Part shown: in pieces, positions 39,123 through 52,030 of the stretch
How positions within the stretch are numbered: position 1 is the first letter of the stretch
Layout: the number at the start of each line of letters is the position of its first letter
NCBI GenBank assembly: GCA_964187785.1
Contig: OZ076409.1
Span: 90,646,001-90,710,000 of the forward strand
Length of the DNA stretch: 64,000 bases
Reading direction: 5' to 3'
Source: Amphiscolops sp. MND2022
Lineage: Eukaryota
Translations under genes and position numbers: made by a program
The notes under the pieces: model-generated
Databases searched by the model: none
What the model was told of the DNA's origin: nothing
The model's input: only the letters and a program-made list of their open reading frames with translations

Positions 39123-42100
39123 CGGGCAGTTCTGCGGCGCCGACCAATGATCGGGAGGATATCAGCCATCTAGACGATGACGAAAAGCAGTACTTAGCAT
39201 CATGGTTAGTGTCGTAAACAAATGTCGCTACTGGAGGCTTAAAAACTTCTAAAAACTTCTGAAAAGTTCAAAATTAAAATAAATATCCACATTACGTGGT
39301 TTCTTAGAAACTTCGAAACGTCTAGGCAATCATAAAAACTTCAGATGGCTAACCGAACAACGTAGCTTCTCTAAAAATAGAATGCACTGAAATTTAAAAC
39401 AGATTTCATCTTCATCTTTTTGTTTATTGAACTGAAATTTCAAGTTTCTTGAAATTTTAAGACTTACTTCGGCTTTTCTGACGTAGCCGTTTGCTCTACA
39501 TGATACTGGAGAATGTTTACGTTTTTGTGATAGCCAACTAAAGATTCCATAAAAACCAAGCAGTAAAAGTAGAGATCAAAAGTTAGGATTTATCTCGAAA
39601 ATAATCGAAATTTGCCGATGTTCATAACTTTTGCGTTCTGAATTAGGTATTACCAAACGAAAACCAGAATGGACTACCCGAAGGTAAAAGCAATGATTGC
39701 AGCTCAGAGGTTCAAAAATCTGTTGATTAAGAAAAAAGGAGAGCCAGAACCGGAGCCAGAAGAAGAGGAGGAAGAAGAACCTCAGCCAGATCCAGAGCCA
39801 GTTGTTGCCACGAAACCGGCTACTCCTCCCCCTACAGTTGCTGCTCCCCCCGTTCGGGCCCCTCCCAAAAAACGGAGACGGCGGAAAGAAGTGGCTGGCG
39901 TGAGGGACATCGACCTTGTATACATCGTAAGTGTCTCTTGTGAATTATTCAACAAGTTAAAAAGGTGAAGCGCCTCTTTCTCATTTTCTCCAAAAACTTG
40001 ACGTTTTTTTTGAAAAAAATGATCCATAAGCTCCAAAGAATGAGCAAAAAAGTGTAATTTCGATCAAAAACATTATTGCATGTTTACCTTGAGAAAACAT
40101 GAAAGTCATAACATAACCATTATTTTTTCTTACGGCAATTGATTTCCATAAAAGGGCATTTTTGAACACCTCAGGAGCCAGGAGGTCCGTTACCAGAGAA
40201 ATGGAAGAAGAAACCCAATACAGACCCGTCTGAACAACTTAAATTAGCCCAGCTGGAACAATGGCAACGAAAATTTGCACTGCGTTTCCTGGAAAAGTCT
40301 TGGGGGTTAGCCAAATAATTTAACCTTTTGTTGGACTTGTCAATTTTTTGAAAGTTGATTTTTTTAGTTTTGAATCGTCACTGTTTCCAATCATACTGAT
40401 AGTGTTTGTTACTATTGTCAACTTTTATTCATTGTGTCGATTCAGCAAAATTATTGTGAAATTGAAGGTTCTCATTTTTAGGTTGTATCAAGTTCCCTTT
40501 TCAAAAACTAGTATATTACAATTTTGACAGGGACCCCTACTTTGCTCGTGCAGTAATGCTAGACATGAACACAAGAATGAGATTACGTAATCAAGACATC
40601 TCTAGACAAAAGCGACAGATTCTAGAGATGCAACGTGATCACATGATTATGAAAGATTACATCACAGAGCTGGAAAACAGAAACGGAAGGCTCAAAAAGA
40701 ACTACTTTAAAGGGGTTAGAGAAAAATTGATGTTTTATTCAGGCAGAGTATATTTCACCTACGTAGCTTCTAGTCACAATTTCCATTATAATTAATCAAA
40801 TGAATTAAAACATCGAGAAGTTACCCTATTGAAAATTATATTCAGGGCCAAATGCTTCAAAATTGTTAAATAGACATTTTTCGCCCCATTTTAGTACCTT
40901 AATTCCTGCAATAGGTTTGATAAAGATGGGACTAATGTTTTCGCACCATGGTTGCAACTAAAAATAACTCAATGAGGAGCTTTCAAATAAAGTTCCTAAT
41001 TAGCTGATTACGAAGAAAACAAGGAAAAAATTAGAAATGAACGCAAAAAATGAAAATTTATCCTAGTTTGAAGTATGAGATCTACAGAAACTTTTTCCAA
41101 ATGCTCGCTTTTCAAGGCATTAATAAGTTACGAGAAATTTATACTGGGTTTTTTTAAAAAATGCTTTTTGCAAACGTTTCATCTCCTAGTTATTGAAAAC
41201 CCTGTAATTTGTCAATTGCAATTTTGTTACTAGGTTCCATATGAATTGGATGCATTACCTGTGATACCATTTGAGAAGGCAACACGACAAGAGAGACGGG
41301 CAATTGAGGACCGGTTAAGGATGATTGACGAGATCCGGTTTTTGAGAGAAAAACAGTTCGTAGATAAAGAAGTTCTGAAGGATTACTCCAGAAGATTAGG
41401 CTAGTATCCTCTGTCCCCATCATCTTTAGGCTTCTCATTAATTTGCGTCTCCACAAAAGAGTGCAAGTATGTTTGAATTATCTCAAAAATAACTTTTACG
41501 TTGAAAAACGCTCGTTTTCATATCATTTTCACGAGTCTGAGATTGCACGTAGGTAGAGTTGTCTAATTACACTTGCGATAAGCAGGTGTTATGGGAAAGT
41601 GCGGGTGTTTTTTTTCCGCGCGACAACTCTCTCGTTTCAGCCCGCAAGTCGCATAGTTCAGGCGTTCGTGGTCTAGTGGTAAGATACTTGCTTTTCAACC
41701 CAGAGGGTTCGTGTTCGAACCTGTGAGTATGCGCTAATTTTTTTACAAGTATTCCGAAGCAGAAGGTTCTCAATTTTCGGCACTATGAGACTCCTCCCTT
41801 TTTTCGGCTTTGTGAGACTTTTTTTCGAAAACTTTTTAAATTTCCTCAAAGGGTCCTCCCTTCAATTTGTTTCGATATTTTGCAACAGAACGAATGTTAA
41901 AAAATCCCAAAGGGTCCTTTTTTTCAGATGTTTTGGCACTATGAGACTGTTAAAAACTCTATTTTTTTCGAAATTTTTTCAAAGACTCCAATGGGTTCCC
42001 CTTCATTTTTTTGAAATTTTGCAACAGAATGGTTGTTAAAAAGTCTCAGAGGGCCCTCTTTTACAATTTTCGGCATTGTGAGAAAATTCAAATTGAATAA

Positions 42101-45100
42101 TTTTTGTCTTAAAATTAGGTTTTCTGAGGCCCAGCACGCTATATCCGAATTTTGTTTTTTTTAAAGACCGGCGTTTTTTTCTATGCTACTTTTTTCTAAT
42201 TTGTTTTCATCGTAGCCCCCCCCCCCCCCTCAATTTTTACTGAAAATAAAAGGTCTTACGAGCTTAAAGGACTGCTCAAGGTTTTCGGCACTATGCGACT
42301 TACCGGAGACCTTCTTCGAAAAATTTTTCGAAAAACTTCGATTTTTTTCCTTATTTTTCTGTTTTTTTTTAAAATATTTCCGGTTGAGAGAGATGTTTTT
42401 TTGCTGTTTCCAGTTCGGGAAGAATGGTTTTCAAGATTTATGCGTATCCCTTCGGGTATTTTTGGCGCTGTAAAATTGATAAAATTTTAACAATGTCATT
42501 TTACACTTGGTTCTCCGTATGATTTTGCTTATTTGGTTTTCTTCGAAAGTTCGCAACCTTCTGCGCAAGTGTTTGCGAAACACGGCTTCGCCTCTGTGTT
42601 GAATGAACCCTGAGCAAATTATCTTGAAACTCTACTTTATTCATTATTTTGAATAATCTCACATAATCACATTCACTGTAGAATAAGACTTTGTTTGATC
42701 TTGCTTCACACAATCACACAAACCCACAAACAAATTGAAAATTTTAGTAAGAACCATGGAAAGAATATTATCAAGAATCCCAAGAAAGCAAAATTTTTGC
42801 AAAACAATTTTTTTTTATTTTCCGCCCATATTCCATATGGGAAAGGAAAAAGCTTAAATCAGCCGCGTTTTGTTTTTTACAAAACCTGCCATGCTCCAAA
42901 ATTTTATCCAGAAACTTTATTCCAAAAAGTTAAATGTTCCACACATAGAATTCAACTGACGTGAATCTAGTTTTATGCGATATGTATTCATAGAGATTTT
43001 TAGACTTTTTTGGTCGACACCAAAGATCCCAGAATGACTCAAAATGACCAGAAAAAAGATAATTGCAGAACATCCAGAAATTCAAAGTTTTTATGCAATT
43101 TCTGTCTAATTCTCAAATTCTCGATATACTTCGTAGATTAAAATGTTGAAGAAGTTCAACAAGGCAATAATTCTTTGTCCAGTAGTCTTTTGTGAAGAGA
43201 TAAGTTCAGTTTTTCTAAAAGAAAATGCCTTAAAATGAGACCAAATTTGACAAAATGTCCGAAACTTTCCGATTTTCAAAGTTCTAATGCAATTTTTGTC
43301 AAATATTAGATAGACTTCGTGTATCGGATTGTTGCAAATGGTCAACAAAGACAGAATTTGTTGTCCAGTGGGCTTAGCAAAGAGACAATTGCTGCTTTTT
43401 GTTTGAAAAATGTCTGGAATCGACACTGGAAAATGCTGAAAATTCCGAGGGTTTTTTGTATTTCAACATTCTCCTTCAACTTTTGTCACCTTTTCGATAG
43501 ACTTCGTGAATAGGAAAGCTAACACTATTCAGCAAATGAAGAATTCAATCCTTGTAGACTTTTGCCGAGAGATAAATACAGTTAATTTATAATAGAAAAA
43601 TGCATCAAACTGACTGGGAACAAGTGAAAAAACCTCTAAAACTTTTCAAATTTGGTCGTTTTTTCATGCAATTTCTCTTCAACTTCCGAGAGAGTTCATC
43701 AATAAGAAGGTGGAAATTGTTCAGAATAAAAACATTAGCTATGCAGCGCGCATTATTGAAGGGCAAGTAGCTTCAAAAACACTTGAGTATGACTCCAAAT
43801 GAGTCGAAAAATCGAATCACTTTAACATCTTCAAGTTATTTTGCAACTTATGTCTACTTGATGAAATGCTTCGCAGTCATGGTGTTAGAAACATTCAACA
43901 ACGAAAAAAATTGATATCCAGTAAGCCTTTTTGGAGACATATTTGTGGACGTCTGTTGGATAATGCCTCAAAATTGACAGCCAAAAATCGAAAATGTCAA
44001 AATGGTTGCCGATTTTTGAATTTCCCTTCGATTTTTTGTTCGAGATTGGAAAATTCAAAAAAACAAAAGCTTCAAAACGCTCCAGATGATATAACTAGTT
44101 CCGTTGTACTCTTTAAAAGAGAGTTTGTTTGTTTTTATGGTTGAAAACTACCTCATAATGCCTCAATACTCGCAGAAACCTCTGAATTTTCAAGTTTTTG
44201 ACATTTAATGCAGATTTTTGAATAAATTTTGTGAAGATCTTTTTACAAACAATCATGTAAAAAACTCATTAACGACTGAACTTGGTATCCACAGAGCGTT
44301 TCTAAAAACATAACAGCAATGATTTGATTGAATTGGCCTCAAAATCCAAAACTTGTCGGAAAAGCAGGTTTTTTGAGAAATCAACCCTAATTTTTGGTCA
44401 ATCCAATTTTTTTAACAATAGAACTTCCATGATCTTATCGTTGAAACAATAGAGAAATCCAAACGCAATTCGGGAACAAGTTGGGATGAAGTTCCTCGAC
44501 TTTGACAGCAAAGGTGTCAAAACTTCCGGATTTTCTCACTTCTTGACATTATAGTCCAATTTTAGACACTTTACGAACGTTTCCCTTACTTAAAAAACCC
44601 ATAGACTCAGGATTGAAAAAAAAATTCGAAAGAAGTCTCACAACGCTGAAAAAAACTGAAAGGGGACTCTTTAGTCTCGCCCGTTCTGTATGTTACGCGG
44701 AAAAAACAGGAAAAATTTTTTTGGTTGAGTTCGCTAGGCCAAATGGTCCAATTTGACCCATATCATTTCGTAAAACTTTTGTAGAACTATTTTGGTCAGT
44801 TCGTGTGGATTGAAAACAAGCCGGGACCGGCCCAAGTTGGCGCTATATCCGAGGCTCAAAAATCATGATAGCTATGATAGCAAAAGGACTTCCAAGTGTC
44901 AATTTACAGTACTCGAAAATCGAAAAAGCAAAAAATGGAGTGGCGCGTCGGGACCAGCTAGCGTGAGCCCCTGACGCGCTAAAAGGGGGACACTTCCGAA
45001 ATTGTCAAAATTTTTGTCGCAGTTGAAGGGGGACCCTTGGAGAACAAGCAGTTTTTCGAAAAAAGTCTCACAATGCCGAAAAATTGAAAGCGGGACCCTT

Positions 45101-48092
45101 TGGGGTTTTTCAACATCCATTCTGTCGCACAACATCAGAAAATTGAAGGAGGAATTTTTATTTTTGGAAACAAATCTCTACAGTGCCGAAAAAAACTGAA
45201 TGGGGGGACCCTTTGGGTATTTCCAACATCCATTCTTACGCAAAACAGCAAAAAAATTGAAGGGGGGACCCTTTGGGGAAAAATTTTACGAAAAAGGTCT
45301 CTCAGTGCCAAAAAAAATTGAAAGGGGCCCTTTGGTCTCGCCCGGTATGGTATGTTACGCGGAAAAACAGGAAAAACTTTTTTGGTTCAGTTCGCTTGGC
45401 CAAATGGTGCAATTTGGTGCAATAATATTTTGTAGAACTTCTAAGATCTATTTTGGTGAATTCGTGTGGTTTAAAAAAGAGTCACTATAATAGTCGCGTT
45501 GCACTTCATGAAGTACCGACTGAAAAGATATCGGACAAATTTATTTGCAATTTTTTTTAAAAACTTCCTAGGAAAACGTAATTTTTTTCCGATTTTATTT
45601 GTCAAATTTTCAATAAGCTCCAAGAGAAATCACCAGCAACATAGTACGCCTTCCAAAGGCAAGTGTTTTGCAGTTTCTCACATAGGAAGAGAACTTAAGA
45701 GTGACCTAAAAATCAAAATTTCGTTTGTCGTCTTCCTGCAATTCTTTGTATAACTTTTGAGCTATTGCGTGGATTAGAATGGTGTAAACATTCAACAACG
45801 ACTGAACTCGGTATCCAGTAGGCTTTTTAGAAGTGACATCTGTAGTTTCTTGTTGAAAAATTACTCAAAATGACCTCAAAGTTGTCGAAATAGTCTTAAA
45901 TTTCTACGTTATGCTATTTTTGGTGATGTGTTCTTTAAAAATATAAAAAGTTGGTATATTAGGTACTGGTATTCACACGTTCAACAACAAAACACTTAGG
46001 TACTCAGCGTGATTGTGATTCATTCATAATCACACCAAGTGCCTAATTGTTTCTAAAAAACCATCTAATGATTAGATGGTTTCTTCACAAATAGACTGAG
46101 ATGAATCAAAACTTTCCTTTCTTCGAACTTTGCATTTTCATTGGCTGCTCTTGATCCTCGAACATAAAAAAATTTGGAACCGCTTTTGACCCCAGTTTTT
46201 AGATAAAAGATCTCCGAAAAGTTGCTTAGAAAGTTGGCTGATACGCGCAATTCGTCGCAGTGAAAAAGTACAACCCCCAGTTTTCCCGCAGAATAAAAGC
46301 GAGATTTTGTAACAAGTACGAGGGACTTGAGGTTGCTAACGGGCGGATAAGCTCTAATAGACAGTATTTAGACGCACTGGAACTACGTTCTACGTTCTGG
46401 AACTATTTGTCTACAGAAAGTCTCGTTCAGAATTTTTTTCACGATAACTTCCGACTTCTCCAGTTCGTTATCGCTAGTGATGACAGCCATTCTGGTCTCA
46501 AAATTAGCGCTGTACTGGCTTCTAAAACATTTCATAGTCGAAACAGTCAAGTTTGTAAGAAAAAAACTGAGTTCTCAAGCTTTTAGAGACTCAGCTTGAG
46601 GTATTTCCTTTAAGTTGAGTCTCTAAGTGCGCCTTTTCCGTCATATGCTGCAAACAATTGCTTCAATGAGTTGTTTCTGACACGTTTTTCGTACAGGAGG
46701 TCACGTGACCAGACCAGACATAGAGGCAGTGCGTCAGTTAGTGCCTTCTGTGGGTGCAGCTGCTTATGTGCCGCAACTGGACGAATTCCACGCAGACCTG
46801 AAGGAAAAGTATTTCATGCTGAGGGAAACGATAGATAGACAAGATGCCGATCTGAAGGCGTTGGAACGAAGCCTCAAACATGCTGAAGTCAGCTCCAAAA
46901 CTATGAATTCTTTGAAAGAGTTCCAGCAAAGAAACGACCAACACTTTGAAGAACGAATCCGAAGGTAATCAAACTGTGCTTGTATCACAAACGGTTCTGA
47001 TTCCACCGATTTAAAAATTCTTTTTACGAAAAATGGCGGTTGAAGTAGTTTTCACCAATTTCTGCAGATAGTTTCTAACTATGAGTGCCTTTTCGAGTGT
47101 TTTAGCTAACTTATCGATATCTTTTTTTTGAATAACTGAAAAATTAGATAAAATCAAGAGAAGAACAAGGATTCCTCACTTTCGATTCTATCATTTTATG
47201 TAGCATAATTGGATCTCGCTAAATCACTTTCAATATAGATGATTATGTAACAATTAGGTAACAATTGTTTTCAATTATACTACATCGAAGAAAGGAGATT
47301 CGATTGCTCGAAATTGCAGGAATTCGGAATCAGCTGTGATATAAAACTATGTATTCGACTTTTTTGTTGATTTGATTTCATTTTAATTATTTTGGTTTAA
47401 AAAGTACCTTATTGTAGACATTATACTTTTGCATAATTCAGGCTTTTCTTTTCTTTGTATGCAACTGAGAATCTACGTCCAAATTTTCGTTAACCTCAGA
47501 GCCATGGGAAGGATCATATGATGCGAAGTTTTTCTGCTTTATCAATTAAAATTAGGATCAAAGAAATCACGCTGATCGAGTACTTTGAAATTGAAAGCTA
47601 TTATGACCATCAGATATCATGATGAGACCATTCTGTTGCTACAAATGTATCCAAAACCCCCCAAAGCGTCGAATATTTGGAAACTTCACGCTTCTAGTCG
47701 AACCAGCTCTCAACTTCAGAAGAGTCCTGAAAATGCCAGTAAAAACATTAGTTCTAAAGAGCCGTTAACTTTGGTATTCCTGTCTAATGCCCTTTGTGGA
47801 ATTCACAGAAGTGTTCTCTAACTTTGAAAAAAACAAGTGAAGCAAGAAATGAATTTAATTGGTTCACCCTTTGTTCAGGTTGCGGGCCGAAAGAGAGGAC
47901 CCCGTGCTCGACTACTACCGCAACTATCGCTCCCTGATGGAAGACCCACGCCTGCCCTACATCCGAGAAGCCATGCACACCGAACAGTACCAGAAGTCCA
48001 AACTCAAAAACCAAATCGATCAACTGGACAGGGAAATTTCCTCCTTTAAGCGGGAAAATGTTTTCAATAGCAAACTCAAATCTATTCGTTGA
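39123..48092 (+). CDS. uncharacterised multi-exon coiled-coil protein (5' end unresolved)
   Basis: Phase-consistent exons about 39123-39204, 39647-39926 (ATG 39669; Glu/Pro-rich), 40175-40296, 40531-40714, 41234-41399, 46697-46964, 47879-48092. Heptad-rich segments; no family recognised. Confidence 0.75.
41564..42599 (+). mobile_element. non-autonomous Helentron-like element, family B, copy 2 (intronic)
   Basis: Same termini and interior as 19763-20919; pseudo-tRNA at 41662-41734 with B box GTTCGAACC. Confidence 0.75.
42950..46010. repeat. highly degenerate ~186-bp tandem repeat, interrupted by family A copies (~44620-45523)
   Basis: Anchor CTTCG at 43129, 43315, 43502 and 43869, each followed by TCA(A/G)CAA..., TCCAGT-like and AATG... 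segments; resumes near 45760. Confidence 0.6.
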
Positions 48093-48859
48093 AGTTATTC
48101 TGATTATTTACTTATATAAAAGGCATTGAGACACTGATTTAGCTTTTATGGCAATTGTAATGGAACAATATCCTTGACTCACAAGTCACATGGAAACCGT
48201 TTTCAAATATGTGTCAATGGTCGGCCAAGACACTCACTGAGCACAGAGATACTTTCTGCCCTCAATTATTCGAGCGCCAACAAATTTTTATAGCCAGATT
48301 GCAGCCAATACACAGCAAAATATGTACTAAAGTTCGAAAGACTTTTACACTTTTGAGTTTTTTGTTCTTTTTTGAAACATTCGTTCAAAAAATTTAAAAT
48401 TTCTCTATGAAGAAGTATGATACGGATGTGATTAATTTGGCTATAAACTCGTTGGAGTTTCATACGCAAACATTCCGAAATGAAATCCTAAATATATATA
48501 TTTTTGGCTTTTTCAAGTCATATAAGGACTATTTTTTCATTCAAAAATTGAGGATTTTCGAACAAAGTGCTAAGTCGCTGAATGTTTTGTCGTTGTTCTG
48601 TTCGAAAAAAAGAGAACAACTATCTTTTGAGTACAAAACAATGACCAGGCAAAACTTGGAAAAAACTATACTGGGGTACTTTGTTAAACGGTGTACATAC
48701 CCACACCGATTCATTCGGAAATTCCGCCAATCAAGAACACTAAACACCAGTTTTATATTAAATGACGTTTATGTTTCAAAGCCTAGAGTATGTTGGTAAA
48801 CAGCATTTAAGTTCATAGTATGCTACCTAATCACTTGATACTAGATTTTGATATCGTAT

Positions 48860-51800
48860 AGTTTTGTCGGCAGAATGCTCAAAACAACGTTTTAACAAAC
48901 TAACTTGTTTTGCTTTGCTGGAACCAAAGAGTAGGACATGGCAGTCAGCAATCTTAAACGCTAATCAATACCAATTTAACCGAAACAAAGAAGAGGTGGC
49001 ACAAGATGCGAAACAAATTGAAGTACCGAATTTCGCGGCAACATCAGACGTAAAGAATATTCACACAGAGAATAGGCTTGGACAATTCGACAATACACAA
49101 AAAAAATACAAAATAGATGTCACAGAATTGATACGGGGTCGAAATGACGCAGACCGGATGGACCGATAAAAAAACTGCGATACATAAAAACTTTGTATGG
49201 GGTATCGGTCCAGAGGCATTGTATCAGATAACACGATCGGAGTGAAAACACTCGACAAAATAGCAGTAAAGGACCTCATCCAATAATTCAATGAATGTTT
49301 CCTACCTAGGAGGTAGGAGATTTGCTATGGACGAGACAGACGGAAAACGAAACACCACCAAAAGGTTTCTGGCGGAGACAAAAGAAATTGAAAAAGAATG
49401 TTCAATTGAAGGAATATCAGCCAAAAATAACTCATTTCGAAATTCGTGACCGCAATTACGGATACGAAACTTCGCGAAAAACTGATGAAAGAAAAGATTT
49501 TCGTACTGAAGAAGTCAATTGAAATGATTGAGCAAAACACATGCGAAAATAGAAAATAAAAAAATACCCACCCAAAGCCCTTATCTCGAACCGAGAAAGA
49601 GATAACAAAATAATCGATACAAAATATCGCAAGATTCTGTGCAAGAACAAAAGATAGACCAACAAACGACAAACCTTGTAAATTCTGAAACACACCTAAC
49701 TGGATTCCAGCGCATAGAAGTCCGGCATTGGATAAACTCTGCAATAACTGTCGGAAAAAGGACATTTTGCGAGAGTATGCAAACATAGAGAAATTACTAA
49801 AGCAAAAACGCGCTTGGCCTCGAGCAGAAATTTTCAATGGTCTGAAGAAGGTGCTACAAATTGGACATATTCCAGGGCCCAAGACTTAGTGAATTTATCT
49901 ACATTTTGATCATAATATTTTGATGGAAGATCTGAAAAACGTTTTTGAGAAAAAGGAAAAGTGTATTAATGGCAGAAGCCTGAAAACGTCATATTTTATG
50001 ACAAAAACTTTGATAGTATAAAGTAGTCAACATCCTTGCCTCACTTTGTGAGGGAAAATAGTTTTCGTATGTGATGCAGTTCTGGGAAAAATCAGCTACA
50101 AGTTGGAAAAGAAGGAAAAAAAACTCAGAAAAATTTTTAGGTAAATTCTTTGCTCAAAACAATCCAGAGCGAAAAAAATGACGTCGTTTTTAGCTCAAAA
50201 CGTAGCCTACATAAACCACGTCAAATTGTTGAAACCATGAACCCCATTTTTGTCTCGGTCATGAGGTATAGAAGCTCAAGTGAAAAAAGGACCAACAATT
50301 TTTAAAAAAATTCAAGTTGTTTTGGCAGAAAAACGAAAATGTCATACTTGATGACGGAAACTTTGTTGGTCCAAAAAATAGCCTACGTCCATGATCTTTT
50401 TCCCGAAAAAGAATGGTTTCTGTATCTTTTATAAGTTTTGAGAAATGTGAGCTACGATTGAGAAAAAGTTTTCGAAAAATTTTTCATGCTTGTTTTGCCA
50501 AAAAAACCAAGTATGAAAAAAAATTGAGGCTATTTTTGAGCTAAAATGTAGCCCAAGAAATGCTTGTACACGGCACTAAACCATGACCTTGTCTTTAGTC
50601 TCAGTTCTGAGATACAGGGGATCGAATATGAAAAACAGTCAAAATAGCGTTTTTTTTTCAAAAACATTTTAAAAAATACCTACGAAGCCAACTTTTTGTG
50701 AAATTTTTTTCAACGCAAATGTAGCCAACGATCCTGTGCAACGTTCAGTGAAAACATGGTGTCCATATCTGTTGTGGGTTTTGAGAAATTGCCTCACAAG
50801 TTTGAAAAGTTGGCACATGTCACGAAATCTGCGAAAAAAACGTCACCATATGAGCACCTCGCAAAACTTTAGCCCCAAGCAGCAATTGGAGGAGATTCCA
50901 ACAGACCAGAAACAAGCATATACAGAATGGAGAGGATAAACAGATTCACCGACAGAAACAAAAACTTGACAGCATTGTAGAAAGTAATTGGTATTGACGA
51001 AAAATTCTATTGGATACCGGATCACCAACATCAATAATGCCGGCAGATGGAAGTATCTTGAAAACAACCAAGATACAGAGAAAGAAATATCGATACCAAG
51101 ATGAAAATAAAAATGAAGTGAAATTCCGGGGAAAATATCGGCAGACATCAAACACGGAAAAAACAAACAAAGTATGCAAATTTTAGTTAGCGAAAGAAAT
51201 GATATCAAACAATCTGACGGGGAAAGGTAACCGATGGCAATCGGAAATGCCTATCTGAAAAAGAAACACAACATAAATTAATAAGAACCGGACACTTGCG
51301 GAAAGAAAAATACGTGGATGAAGACTGTTTCTTTACCCGTAGTAATAACGGTATAAAACGATATTCAGTTAGGATCGTATTAGACTCGAGGAAAGTAGAT
51401 GAAAACTGTATCAGAGTTAGACCACACTTGTCAAACTTCGAAGTATTACTAATTCAAATTGCGGTAGAGATCACAAAAAGTTGAAGGAAGGAAGGAATTG
51501 ATGATATCGAAAATTGATTTTGATTACGTAAATGGCCAGTTGAAATTCTCGATAAAACAAGCCAACAATGCGTATTTGAAATAACCAGAGGCAAATTTAG
51601 CGGATGCTATAGATTCTAGAAGGATTCTACGGTCTGGTCGATTTTCAAGAAAAAATGACCGAATAATGGAACACTCTACCCCGCCTTGGTTGGATGACAA
51701 AGTATAGGTAACTAGAGGAGACCCAGCAGAACATGAAAAGAATTTATTGGACGTACTGAAAAACTAGATGATGCCGGATACCGAGCAAGCGAAGGGAAAT

Positions 51801-52030
51801 CCGAGTTCTTGCTAACCAAAACAAAAATACTGGAAGACGAAATTGACGAACACGGAGTTAAACGAACTAAAGAAATACTGAAAGCCTTTCTGAATCTGAA
51901 ACACCTTTAGAATCAAAAGCAGCTAAAAACATTGCTCAGTGTAAAACAGTACCTCGCGAAATTTAAAGGGAGTTTATGGGAAAGAACTGCGATAACTTCT
52001 AAAGAACAAATCGGATTGAAAATGGAGGAG
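48860..52030 (+). mobile_element. heavily decayed Gypsy-like retrotransposon remnant with an unrelated repetitive insert (~49870-50880)
   Basis: RT fragments RIVLDSRKVDEN, SKIDFDYVNGQL, GFYGL, WLDD in 51360-51960; gag-like remnants with a broken Cys knuckle near 49740. Confidence 0.65.
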
